NCBI RefSeq assembly: GCF_009914755.1
Contig: NC_060925.1
Direction: 5' to 3' (one strand)
Length of the DNA stretch: 64,000 bases
DNA from: the human T2T-CHM13v2.0 reference genome, Homo sapiens
A program made the position numbers and the translations under genes. Positions 18,961 to 31,949 of the stretch are shown one piece after another. Positions within the stretch are counted from its first letter, which is position 1, and every line of letters starts with the position of its first letter. The notes below the pieces were generated by a model. That model searched no databases, was not told where the DNA came from, and saw nothing but the letters and a program-made list of their open reading frames with translations.

Positions 18961-19953
18961 TTGTGAAATTTCCCTCTTGTAGCTGTCTCTCGTCAGATTT
19001 AGAATTTCTTAGGACAACTTCTAAAACTATATTTCTATATGTTATGTGCTTCACAGTTAACGTAGAAAAGTAGTTTTTAGTTTTCATTAGTAGATAAGCA
19101 AATTGCTAATGAGTTACCATATTTTTGACCCTCAGCTTCTTTTTTTCCTAATCAAAACCAAAACTTTACCCAAGAGAGTTGCCAAAGAAAATAGGATTTT
19201 TGCTCTAGCTTTGAGGCACGTCAAAATGGTCAACTAGAATTTTCTCAAATTCTGCTTATCTTTATGTATAAAGGCAAAGCAAGATGAATTTAGATTGTGG
19301 TGAAAGTTGAGATGATTTTAACAACTATCCATTCCCAGCCAGAAATAAATAAGAACTGGGAGAAGTAAAAATATTTCCTCAGTACAATCCAGTGTGTTCG
19401 GATTATTTTTAAATTGTTTATTATTAGGATTTCTATCACTTGATGTGATGGAGAGCACCTTTTCTCCAAGAGAGGCAATGTAAAATTAAATTTTTAGATA
19501 TTCTTCAAGTTATAGACTTAAGGTCTTTTAAAATGGAAGGTTAAAATGAATTGTAATATTGAGTGTACTTCCTAGATGTGGTGTAGTTGTAATGACCTAA
19601 TGTTGCTACTGCTTCAGCGCTTGAAAAAAGACGCTCCCAAAAAAGGTTATTCACTGCTAAAGGTTGAAGGAATTTTAGTCAAATCTCCTTTAATGGATGT
19701 AGAGTTGTAGAGTTACTTACCAAAGCTGGAAGTAGACCCTAGGTTTCAGAACTCCTAGGTTAATAGTTTTTTCCTCTGACCATCCTCCTAAATTTGTATT
19801 TTTCAAATAATGGGTGATAGCAGCTTTTTTTTTAAGTATCAGGTTTTGGGGGAACAGGTGGTGTTTGGTTACATGGATAAGTTCTTTAGCGGTGATTTCT
19901 GAGATTTTGGTGCACCCATCACCTGAGCAGTGTACACTGTACCCAATATGTAG

Positions 19954-20236
19954 AGTTTTTTTGTTTGTTTCTTTGTTTGTTTGTTTTGTTTTTGAGACAG
20001 AGTCTCGCTCTGTCACCCAGGCTGGAGTGAAGTGGCACGATCTGGGCTCACTTCAACCTCCATCTCCCGGGTTCAAGCGATTCTTGTGCCTTAGCCCCCA
20101 GAGTAGCTGAAACTACAGGCACGCCACCACACCTGGCTAAGTTTTTGTATTTTTAGTAGAGATGGGTTTTCACCATGTTGCCCAAGCTGTTCTCCAACAA
20201 CTGAGCTCAGGCAGTCTGCCCACCTGGGCCTCTTAA
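19954..20236 (-). mobile_element. AluS, slightly 5'-truncated
   Basis: Alu consensus; TSD ccaatatgtag at 19943-19953 and 20237-20247. Confidence 0.92.
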
Positions 20237-21937
20237 CCAATATGTAGTTTTTTTATGCCTCATCCTGCTCCCACCCTTTCTCCCAAGTCCCCAAAGTCCA
20301 CTGTATCATCTTTACGCCTTTGCATCCTCATAGCTTAGCTCCCACTTACAAGTGAGAACATATGATGTTTGGTTTTCCATTCCTGAGTTACTTCACTTAG
20401 AATAATGATGAAATAACCTCCATTTCCATCCAGGTAGCTACGATGCCACAATTTCATTCCTTCATATGACTGAGTAGTATTCCATGGTATGTATATGTAC
20501 CACATTTTCTTTATCCACTCGTTGGTTGATGGGCATTTGGTTTGGTTCTTTATTTTTGTAATTGCGAATTGTGCTGCGATAAACATGTGCAAGTGTCTTT
20601 TTCACATAATGACTTCTTTTCCTCTGGGTAGATACACGGTAGTGGGATTGCTGCATCAAATGGTAGATCTACTTTTAGTTCTTTAAAGAATCTCCACACT
20701 GTTTTCCATAGTGATTGTACTAGTTTACATTCCCATCACCAGTATAAAAGTGTTCCCTGTTCACCACATCCATGCCAACATCTGTTGTTTTTTTTATTTT
20801 TTGCTTATGACCATTCTTGCAGGAGTAAGGTGGTATCGTATTGAGGTTTTGATTTGTATTTCCCTGATCATTAGTGATGTTGAGCATTTTTTCATCTCTT
20901 TATTGGCCATTTGAATATCTTATTTTGAGAATTGTCTATTCATGTCCTTAGCCCACTTTTTGATGAGCTTATTCGTTTTTTCCTTGCTGATTTGTTTGAG
21001 TTCCTTGAAGATTGTGGATATTAGTCCTTAGTTAGATGCATAGTTTGTGAAGATTTTCTCCCACTCTGTGGGTTGTCTGTTTACTCTGCTGATTATTTCT
21101 TTTGCTATGCAGAAGCTTTTTAGTTTAATTAAGTCCCATCTACTTACCTTTGTTTTTGTTGCGTTTGCTTTTAGATTCTTGGTCATGAAGTCTTTGCCAA
21201 CGCCAATGTCTAGAAGGGTTTTTCCAATGCTATCTTCTAGAATTTTTATGGTTTCAGGTCTTAGATTTAAGTATTTGATCCATCTTGAGTTGATTTTTGT
21301 ATAAGGTGAGAGATGAGGATCCAGTTTCATTTTTCTACATGTTGCTTGCCAATTATCCCAGCACCATTTGTTGAATATGGTGTCCTTTCCTCACTTTATA
21401 TTTGTGTGTGCTTTGTCAGAGATCAGTTAGCTTCATTTCTTGGTTCTCTATTCTGTTTCATTAGTCTATGTGCCTGTTTTTATGCCAGTACCATGATGTT
21501 TTAGTGACTATAGCCTTGTAGTATAGTTTGAAGTTGGGTAATGTAATGCCTCCAGATTTGTTCTTCTTGCTTAGTTTTCCTTTGGCTCTGCAGGCTCCTT
21601 TTTGGTTTTATATGAATTTGAGGGTTGTTTTTTCTAGTTCTGTGAAGAATGATAATGGTATTTTGATGGGAATTGCATTGAGTTTGTAGACTGCTTTTGG
21701 CAGTATAGTCATTTTCACAATAGTGATTCTACCCATCTATGAGCATGGGATTTGCTTCCATTTGTTTGTGTCATCTATGATTTCTTTCATCAGTGTTTTT
21801 TAGTTTTCCTTGTAGAGATCTTTCACCTCCTTGGTTAGGTATATTCCTAAGTATTTTATTTTTTGCAGCTATTGTAATGGGGTTGAGTTCTTGATTTGAT
21901 TCTCATCTTGGTTGATGTTGGTATATAGCAGTGCTAC

Positions 21938-22483
21938 TGTTACCGGTGGAGGGTGTCCATGTTCTTGGTATTTTGAACAAAGAATTGGAAAAAAAAAACA
22001 CACAAATAAAGCAAGGAAAGAATGAAGCAACAAAAGCAGAGATTTTTATTGAAAATGAAAGTACACTCCACAATGTGGCAACAGGCATGAGCAGTGGCTC
22101 AAGGGCTCCAGATACAGAATCTTCTTGGGTCCAAATACCCACTAGAGGTTTCCCATTGGACACTTTACATTGGTTCACCCCATGTAAATGAAGTGGTGGC
22201 CCGCAATCAGTCTGATTGGTTGTGGAAAGCAACCAATCAGAGGTTGAAGTGAAGTTACAAAGTTACACTCCTATGCAAACATTACACTCCTATGCTCTTT
22301 GCAACCAATCAGGGGTACTTTCAATTTCCCATCTGCAGGAAAGAGGATTTGCCAAGGAAGTAGCCTCTGGTCCTTTTGTTACTTAAACATGGCAAGTTAG
22401 GGTTTTCCTTTCAACTGCATTCTAGGAAGTCAGTGTGAAATGGCCTTAGGTTCACTGACTCCAGACCCTATTCTCCTGCCTCA
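21938..22483 (-). mobile_element. MER51-type ERV1 solo LTR
   Basis: TG...CA termini; reverse complement starts tgaggcaggagaatagggtctggag; 4-bp TSD ctac (21934-21937, 22484-22487); several CCAAT boxes. Confidence 0.85.
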
Positions 22484-22783
22484 CTACTGATTTGTGTACA
22501 TTGATTTTATATCCTGAAACTTTACTGAATTAATTTATCAGTTCTAGAATCTTTTTGGATGGTTTTCTAGTATATGATTATGTCACTGACAAACAGCAAC
22601 AGTTTGATTTCCTCTTTACCAATGTGGATGCCCTTTATTTCTTTCTCTTGCCTGGTTGGGATATAGCAGCATGATTGGTAGCCAAAAGTGGAAATGACAA
22701 ATGTCCATCAAATGATGAATGGATAAATGTTATATATCTATACAATGGAATATTATTCTGCAATAAAAATAAATGAAGTACTG

Positions 22784-25700
22784 CTGGAGGATTCTAAAAA
22801 GATGGTGGAATAGGAAGCACCAGGAATCTATCTCCCCACCTGGAAAAACAATTGCACTGTCAAAACCTATCTCTTGTAACTATTTTGGAACTGTGGAGTC
22901 TATTAAAGGCTTGCAACTTTCAAGGGAAGGCTTGGACAGAAAACTGAACTTATTTTGGTGAATTTCAGCTCTTAGTTCAGTATCATCTACCCAACCCCAA
23001 ACCCCAGCTCCCTAGCAGGCAGTCTGTATTACTTGCAGGAGCAGCTTGAACATAGTTCATGAGAGTCAATGAGCAGTAAGGACCCTGTCCTCCTATTGAT
23101 GAGGGTCTATGTTCTGATAATTGATTACTGCTTCTGATCAAGGAGATGCAAACACAGAGGTAGCCGCCATTGTTGTTGCACCTTCCCCCACCATTGTAAG
23201 CTTTTACTCCTCCAGCTGAAGCAACTTCCAGGGAATTTTCCTTGTTTTCTTCCTTTTGGAAGACAAACATTAAAGACTAAGACATTAAAAAGCAACTACA
23301 TTTACAGAGAAAAGTATAAAGTTAAATTGAACACCCAGAGAAAGGCATAAACTCAGAAAAATACCTGAGAAGACCTTAAATCATAAAGATGCTCAAATAA
23401 CTAAGGAAAGATGTGGAGAAAGTGAAGAAAATAATATATAAACAAAATGGAAATATCAATAAATTGAAAACTAAAAAAGAAATCAAAGAAATTCTAGAGC
23501 TGAAAAGTACAACTGAAATGAAAATCTTACTGTTGGGATTCAAAAGCATATTTGGTCAGGCAGAAGAAAGAATCAGTGAACTTAAAGATAAGACAATTGA
23601 AATTGTTGTATCTGAGAAACAAAAAAATTAAAAAGTTAAAAGTGAAGAGAGCCTAGGGGACCTGTAGAACACCACCAAATGGACCACAGTCTGCATTGTG
23701 GGAGTCCTTGAGAAAAGAGAAAGAAGTAGTATGATAATTTGAAGAAATAATGGCTGAAAACTTCCCAAGTTTAATAAAGGATATGAATATGATCATCACA
23801 GAAGCTCAATGTACTCCAAGTAGTATGAATTCAAACAAACCTCCACTGAAGCATATTATCCATCTAACTGTCAAAAGACAGGAAAGAAGCAACTCATCAC
23901 ATGCAAGGGATTTGCAAAAATCCTCTACAAAATACCTGATTTCAGCAGCATATTACAAAGATACTGCACCATGGCCAAAAGTGATTTATTCCTAGAATGT
24001 AAGGATGGTTTAACATACAAAAATCGATGCAGTATTCTACATTAACAGAAGGAAAGAGAAAAACTGAATGATCATTTTAATTGATGCAGAAAAAGCATTA
24101 AATTCAGCACTCTTTCATGATAAAAAACAAACAGACTAGGAATAGAAGGATACTGCCTCAACTTAATAAAAGGCATATATGAAAAACCCGCACCAAACAT
24201 CATGCTCAATTCTGAAAGACAGAAAGCTTTTCATCTAAGATCAGGTATAAGATGAGGATGCTGGCTTTCACTACTGCTATTAAACATAGTACTGGAAGTA
24301 CAAGCCAGAGCAATTAGGCAAGAAAAAGAAATATAAGGCAGCCAGATTAGAAAGGAAGAAGTGAAATTATCTCTGTTTGCAAATGACAGGTCTTATACGT
24401 AGAAAACCCTAAAGATATCATTTTTAAAACTATTAGAATTAATACATTCAGCAAAAATTGCAAGAGACAAAGCACATAAAGTCAGTTGTATTTCTATACA
24501 CTAATGATGAACAGTCTAAAAGGAAATTAAGAAAACAATTCAATTTATAATATAAAAAAGAATAAAATACTTAAGAATTAACTAAATGGATGAAAGATGC
24601 ATACAATGTAAACCATAAAACAGACAAATGGAAAGCTATCCCTTGTTAATGGATTGGAGGACAATATTATTAAGATGTCAGTATTACCCAAAGTAGATAT
24701 GCAGATTCAATGTAATACCTATCAAAATCTCAGAAAAGCAGAAATAAATCCATCCTAAAATTTGTATGTAATTTCAAGGAACCCCAAAAGCCAAAAGAGT
24801 CTTGAAAAAGAACAAAGTTGGAGCACTAATACTTCCTGATTTCAAAACTTACTATAAAGCTAAAATAATTTAAACTATGTGGTACTGCATAAAGACAGCT
24901 TTATAAACCAATGGAATCAAATTTAGAGGTCATAAATAAACTCTCACATATATGGTCAAATGATTTTTCACAAGGGTTTTATGAAACTCCGAGGGGAAAG
25001 GATATCATCTTTCAACAAATGGTTCTGGGAAAACTGGATATCCACATGCAAATGAATTAGGTTGGACCCTTACCTCGCACCATATTCAAAAATAAAATGG
25101 ATCAAAGATGTAAATGTAAGAACTAAAACTATGAACTCTTATAAGGAAACAGAGCAATAGCTTTGCCACATTGGATTTGACAATAATTTCTTAGATATGA
25201 CAGCAAAAGCACATGCAAAAGTAAACAAATTGGACTGCACAAATATTAAGTACTGTTGCATTTTAAATACTTTTGCTCACTAGACATTATCAGCAGAATG
25301 AAAAGGCAACCTATGAAATGGGAGAAAATATTCGCAAATGATATATCTAATGTTCATAGGTATCCAAGGTATTAATATCCATAACAAATAGAGACCTTCT
25401 AAACTCAACAACAATTATAAAAACAAACACTCCAATTCAAAAAATGGACAAACAACTTGATTAGACATTTCTCCGAAAATACATGAATTGCCAGGAAACA
25501 TATGAAAAGATGCTAACTATCACTAATTATTAGAGACATGCAAATCAAAACCACTATGAGATACCACCCTCATTAGGAAGATTACTATTAAGACAAAATA
25601 AATATTGGCAAGGATGTGGATAAATTGAAACCCTTATGCACTGTTAGTGGGAATGTAAAATGGTACAACTGCTATGGAAAACAGTATGGCAATTCCTCAA

Positions 25701-26463
25701 AAAATTAAAAATTGAATTACCATATGATCCAGCAATCCCATTTCCGAGCATATACCCAAAATAATCACAAGCAGGATCTTGAAAAAAATATTTGTACAGT
25801 CATGTTCATAGAAGCATTCTTCACAATTGCTAAAATGTTGAAGCAACCCAAGTGACCATTGACAGATGAATGGATAAGCAAATGTAGTATATATGCACAA
25901 TGGAATATTATTCAGCCTTTAAAAGGAAGGAAATTCTAACATATGCTACAATGGGATGAACCTTTGAAGACATTACGCTAGGTAAAATAATAATAAAGCC
26001 ATGTATGAAAAACCCACAGCAAACATCATATTCAATAGTGAAGGACTGAAAGCTTTTCATCTAAAATCAGGTACAAAGCAAGGATGCCTGCTTTCACTAC
26101 TGCTATTAAACATAATACTGGAAGTCCTAGCCAGAGCAATTAGGCAAGAAAAAGTCATAAAAACACAATATTGTGTCATTCCACTTATATAAAGTGCCCA
26201 GAACAGTCAAAATCTTAGAGACAGAAAGTAGAATCGTGTTTTCCAGAGCCTGTTAAGGCAGGGGAAATGAGAGGTTATTGTTTAATGGGTACAAGGTGTC
26301 AGTTTTAAAAAATAAAGTGTTCTGGAGATGGATGGTAATGATGTTTGCATAGCAGTGTGAATGTGTTTAATATCATGGTAATGTACACTTAAAAATGGTT
26401 AAGATAATAAGTTTTATGATAGGTGTTTTTTTACCACAATAAAAAGTTTTAGACAAAAAAAGG
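22784..26463 (+). mobile_element. L1MB-like element keeping both 5' and 3' ends but internally deleted (~3.7 kb), inserted in an older L1M 3' region
   Basis: 5' end aagatggtggaataggaagcacc; ORF1 remnants (QAEERISELKD, MAENFPSL); RT and C-terminal remnants; A-tail; TSD aatgaagtactg at 22772-22783 and 26464-26475. Confidence 0.8.
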
Positions 26464-27089
26464 AATGAAGTACTGATAGATGCTACAACATTGATGAACC
26501 TTGAAAACATAAATATTATGTTATGAAAGAAGCCAGACACAAAAGATCACATATTGTATAATTCCATTAATATGAAATGTCCAGAATAGGTAAATCTATA
26601 GAGATTGAAAATGAACTAGTGTTTGCCTAGGGCTGGAACAAAGGAGTTGTTGAGAGGAAATGGGTGTGTGACCACTAAAAGTTGAATTGTATGGTATTAG
26701 TATATGAATTATATGTCAACAAAAAAGATGTTACAAGAAGTATTAATGGAATGGTGGGCAAACCATAACTGTGGAGTTGAACATGTAAGAAAAATGGGTT
26801 TTCCAGGACTGATTGATATATGGCTCATATCTCCTATGTTTAACTAGCCTGTAGAAGATTTTAATTTCTGGCCAATTTCCCCATCAATAACATAGAGATC
26901 ATAATATTTGCCTTATTTTTGTGAAGATTAAGTGAGTTAATCCATGTAGTTAGCCCAGTGCCTGATGCATACAAAGTGCTTAACAGGGACTATTACATTA
27001 CATAGTTTTCCAAAAGGATGAAAGTAGGTTCTAGAGTATCTTTATTGATATTCCAAAATGAAAATAAGAAAATTTTTAAAATTATGTGT

Positions 27090-27833
27090 GGAATTCTGTA
27101 AGAAAAATAGTTGCTACATTATCGAACATTTTTTAACTTATGAAAGGTTTAGATATTAATGTATCAATTTCAAATAAATGTTAAATATTACAATTATAGA
27201 AACCTTGTGCGATATAACTGAGCATTAAAGGTGAAATGGATAGTGTAAAAATCATAATAACATCCCCACTTAAATGGAAGTCAGAGTTCCAGTTATCTCA
27301 ACCACCTAAAACCAAGCTGTAAACAAAAACAAGTGTAAAAGATGTGAAAGCAATAATGCAAAGCTAATACAGTTTGTGAACTAAGCTTGAGCCATTTTTA
27401 GGACAGTCTTTCACAGTCCTTTCACTTACTTTAGTCTCATAAACTCAGGTCTCTGAATTCCCAGCCCAGAAATTAGGACGTGATAATTTCAAAAAAGAAA
27501 AACAGTTGTGTTGTTAAAAGTAGGTACTCTGACACCAGAAAAAAAAAATGCTTTTAAAGAACTCACAGCTCAGCAGAAATATGCTTAACTATCCCAAAGA
27601 CAGTATAAGTTTCAGTGGAAACTTTCGTTCACAGATCAGGATTGTGTTAGTTTTCACGGTATGTTTGTGGTATTTCAGAGGCTACCATGCACAGTGAGGA
27701 ATAGATTTCATCTTATGCCATACCCCATCTTGCTTTTGTTTTTTAGCAGTCTGGCTCTGTCACCCAAGCTGGAGTGCTGTGGCACAGTCATGGCTCACTG
27801 AAACCTCTGCCTCCTGAGTTCAAGTGATTCTCA
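27090..27833. repeat. Local duplicated block with partner segments at 33895-34070 (inverted), 33650-33900 (direct) and 32157-32467 (inverted)
   Basis: Manual alignments, e.g. gcttttaaagaactcacag..cagcagaaatatgcttaact versus the reverse complement of 32420-32467; includes a copied Alu 3' end. Confidence 0.85.
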
Positions 27834-30360
27834 AAGGTTGACAGACTGACATGCAGAAAACAAAAAATAAAAAGAATGAAAAGCAAAGACGACCTAGACT
27901 AAAAGAAAATTTTTTTGTCTCTTCTAACAGCAAGCAGAGACAAACATTAAATTGCAATATCGTACAATCATTCACCATCTGTAATTCACAATCTATAGTG
28001 ACAATCTTGAGCTTCTAAAAAAGGTTGATTTCACTATTACCTCTTTAGTAAGGCAGAGCACTATTAGTTTTCAATAATTTCATTCAATTTAGCCTGTTGA
28101 GCTCCTTAACTTCTGGGCCCACTGGGAGGTGAATAATTCATAACTTCTACATGAAAGAGCTCACAGACTGAAAAAGAAAATAGGCTTAAACAAAGGGAGC
28201 ACAGTGTGACACACAAGGTACAGATTTAGCTTGAAAAATGGAGGAATTAATTAGGAGGAGAGTGACAATAAAATGATTTCTACAAAGTGTTGACATCAGA
28301 GCTGACATTTTTTTTTTTGGCGGGAGGGAGACCTGAGTTTTATTATTACTCAAATCAGTCTCCCCAAGCGTTCAGGGATCAGAGTTTTTAAGGACAATTT
28401 GGTGGGTGGGGGTAAGCCAGTGAGCCAGGAATGCTGATTGGTTAGGTCAGAGATGTAATCATAGGGAGTCGAAGGTGTCTCCTTGCACTGAGTTCCTGGG
28501 TGGGGGCCACAAGATCAGATGAGCCAGTTTATTGATCTGAGTGGTGCCAGCTGATCCATCAAGTGCAGGGTCTGCAAAATGTCTCAGGTACTGATCTTAA
28601 GGGCAGTGTATTCTTAAATATTGTAGCCTCTAGCTGCATGATTCCTAAACCATAATTTCTAATCCTGTGGCTAATGTTAGTCCTACAAAGGCAGTCTAGC
28701 GCCCAGGCAAGAAGGAAATTTGTTTTGGGAAAGGGATAAACTATAAACTAAGTTCCTCCCAAAGTTAGTTCAGCCTATGCCCAGGAATGAACAAGGACAG
28801 CTTGGAGGTTAGAAACAAGGTGGAGTCGGTTAGGTCACATCCCTTTCACTGTCTCAGTTACAATTTTGCAATGGCAGTTTCAATCCCTCCCTTTGGGTTT
28901 TATAACATGTTAATCTTAATGTGTTGGCTAGTGAAGACCATTCTAACTTCTTCCTGCTGATCAGGGGCATAGTGGTGGTAGGTGTTGACCCAAGAAGAGA
29001 GGAGTGGAACCACTTTGCAACTGTCTGAGCATACTCATGCAGACCTGGCTGTGGTTCCAAGGCTTGCATGGCAAAGGCATTAGTATTGTCATCTATAGTT
29101 TTAGTACCACATTTAAAGGAACAGTGTACTATAAAGTAAATACTGAGTACTAGGGTAAGTAGTGCAATGCCCAGTTTTAAAAGTAAACATTTGCAAGATA
29201 ATGTTTAGGGCTAACTATGACGTGAACCCCAAAATTCCTGTCCTCTGGAGACCAAAAGAAAGTATTTCCACATGGTCACAAGGTTAAGCTCTTAAGGATA
29301 CAAAACTAAATAGAGAAAATTCATCTGGTATTGGTTTCACGGACCTGCAGCAAAGTTTGTACCTCACCAGCCTGCCAGGCTGGCTTGAAAAGCAGGCTTG
29401 TAGGTGTCCTAAACCCATGTTCTATCCTGTGATATCCCTCTCTCCATTATATAAAGACAAATGTTTAGCACAAAGTGTACCAGATTTGCTACAGCCTAAG
29501 ACTAGCCTCACAAATCCTTTTTTTTTAAATATATTAATCAAACCCTTGCAGAGGAGACAACCAGTTACACTTACACTTACAAACACACCCACAAACAGAC
29601 TCACACAGAGAGACCAGAAACTCGTGTGGTAAGAATTTCTTACCCTTTCTGCCGGCATACTAGGTTTTCAGGTTCCCTTTCTCTGCAGCTTCCATAAGAA
29701 TGGAGCAGTTTTTGATGACCCTGCTTGCTGTGCCATAGCTGTGAGGGTCAAGCCACTTAAAAAAAGAAAATCATCCTTTTCTGTTTTATGAAGCCATAGG
29801 CAAAAGATTCTCAGTTTTGCAAGATGCTGCCCAATGGTCTGCATGGGGAACCGAATTAACATTTTTCATCCCAGCAAAATACATACAACAAAACAGACAC
29901 TAGTCACCTTGTTCAGCACCCAATATCAACCTGACAAAGCTCAAACTTTCTCCTGTTGGTCCCTGTTGTCTTTGATCCACTCCAGATGGGAAGGGATCAC
30001 CTCCAGATGGTAATTCACATTGGGATCTCTGGTCAAGGTGAAGAGCGAATAGCCACCCTGAGACAGGCCTGTTGAGCTTTCTTTAGGGATCACCAAATGT
30101 GACCAGATAAATAAGGGGGGGTTCTGAGTTAAGTCTGCTGGACTTCCATAAGCAATTTCTTCAGAGGTCCCCTTCACATATACAAAAACACACAAAGATG
30201 AGACAGACAGAAGGATTCCAAATCTGATCCCTAACCAACAACTCCAAGAGTATCCCTTCCAAACTATCCTCCTATTCTCCATCTGAGAAATCTCCCTGAA
30301 ATCTTCCTGATGGAGAAGTCTCCTTAACCAAGACTCTTCCTACTAGTTAGGGAGAGCCAA

Positions 30361-30690
30361 CTGAGACCCCCCCAGGAGCTGAACTGAGACAGACACCCCA
30401 CAGTGGGGCTATATCCAAACCAAGACCCCCAAAGGAGCTGAACTGAGACAGACACCCCATGGTAGAGCTACAGACACCCTGCATTGGGGCTATGGACAGA
30501 CACCCCACCATGGGGCTACAAGACCAGTTGGGAGAAGGAAGAAGGTGTTTGCAGCTCCTAGGATACTCACCAACCCAGACACCCCACAATGGGGCTGCAG
30601 ACAGACACCCTACCATACATAGGGCTACAGACACCCCACCATGGGGCTACAGAGAGACACCCTGTGATAGGGCTACTGTTATGAGATGTC
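30361..30690. repeat. Degenerate ~23-25 bp tandem array (cagacaccccaccatggggcta) in the ERV leader
   Basis: About ten imperfect copies visible, each with a palindromic cccca-n-tgggg core. Confidence 0.8.
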
Positions 30691-30734
30691 TCCCCAGAAC
30701 TATTTCTCTCTTGCAATTAAATCCATTCATATTA

Positions 30735-31488
30735 TGAAATGGGAGAGTTCCCTGACCCCCTCCCTCGTGGAACTTGTGACAGGGGTGCAGCTCATTTGCT
30801 CAGCCACTGCGCTCAAATACCTTACAGGATGGGGAGCATGCAGACAGGCAGGTGCAGGAGCCAGGGCGAGCACGTTTGGTCTCAGGACTCACAGTAGCAT
30901 CTCGGGGTGTGTTACAATTAATGCTCTTTTAGCAGTTGCCATCCACAGACAGCTAAGTGTTACACCAGCTCAGTGGAGTCAGGGTGACAGCCTTTTACAC
31001 CCTGCCCTCTTGGTATCCGGGTCCTTGTCCCATATCCAGGAAGAATCAGGTCACATGGACTTAAAGGATGGTGAATGCAGGGATTTTACTGAGTGATGGA
31101 GGTGGTTCTCAGAGGGATAGGTGGGAAGCTGGAAAGGGAATAGAGTGATAAGATGATCTTTCCCTGAAGTTCAGCCATCCCATCTCCTCTCTGACCATCC
31201 CCAGCCGAACTCCTCTCAACGTTCAGATGCTCCTTCTCTTCTCTTCTCTTCTTCTCTGCTGCTCCACTCTGCTGCTCTTCTGATTGTGGATCCCGGGGTT
31301 TGGGCTTTTTATGGGTACAGGATAGGGGCATGGTGAGCAAGAGTGGTCTTGGAAAAGGCAACACTGGGATGTGAAAACAGGAATGCCTGTTCCCATTTAG
31401 AGCCGTGGGTTTCCAGGCTTGAGGGTGGGGCCTTTTCTGGGGAACTGCTCTCTTCTACCCGCTATTTCCTTGCCTCCTGTCCATATCA
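30735..31488 (-). mobile_element. LTR1/LTR27/LTR28-family solo LTR nested in the HUERS-P1 copy
   Basis: TG...CA termini; reverse complement begins tgatatggacaggaggcaaggaaat and ends gggaactctcccatttca. Confidence 0.75.
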
Positions 31489-31949
31489 GTTGGGTTGGCA
31501 GCACCCCACCAGTAGAGAGAGTACCAGAGTCAGCCCCCAGTCCAAGAGAACTAGGCCCACTTGGGCTGACCTCTGGATCCATCGCTGGAGGCGGATACCA
31601 AACCACAGGCAGGTAGCAACAAGGGCAATCCCAGAGGAGCCCCCAAATTTGTAACTGCCCAGTAGGTTCACCTTGCCCACTGCCTAGACAGAGCCTGATT
31701 TATCAAGACAGGAGAATTCCAATAGAGAAAGAGTAATTCACACAGAGCCGGCTGTATGGGAGACTGGAGTTTTATTATCACTCAAATCAGCCTCCCAGAG
31801 CTGAGTTTTGAAGAATAAAAAGAATTGTGCAAAAAGGATAAGGCATTGTACATAGAGATGATAGCATTTGCCAAGACATAGAGGCATCAACTAGTTAACT
31901 CCAGGATCTTTAGGTAATTCAGAATTGCTGGCTCAAAACATGCAAGATG

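Larger units (their letters stand above)
19825..22656 (-). mobile_element. 5'-truncated L1PB element interrupted by an Alu and a MER51 LTR
   Basis: Poly-T then L1PB 3' end (ttttgggggaacaggtggtgtttggttacatg); ORF2 C-terminal peptide [18 protein letters not shown]; TSD-like tgggtgatagcagc (19811-19824) / tgggatatagcagc (22657-22670). Confidence 0.88.
28306..31795 (-). mobile_element. HUERS-P1/LTR8-type ERV1 present as an mRNA-shaped retrocopy (R-U5-internal-U3-R-polyA)
   Basis: LTR8 U3-R at 28319-28882; PPT next to it; tRNA-Pro-like PBS (tgggggctcctctgggat) near 31628-31645; only R-U5 at 31651-31795; poly-T 28308-28318; TSD cagagctga. Confidence 0.85.

Noticed and set aside
27735-27833. Independent truncated Alu insertion
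   Set aside because: Shares its unique flank with the Alu at 31950-32282, so it is part of the inverted duplication.
29357-30282. gag/pol/env coding capacity in the ERV internal region
   Set aside because: No retroviral protein motifs in the short ORFs; the internal part is short and appears non-coding.
30361-30690. CRISPR-like palindromic repeat array
   Set aside because: Primate DNA inside an ERV leader; no unique spacers and no cas genes.
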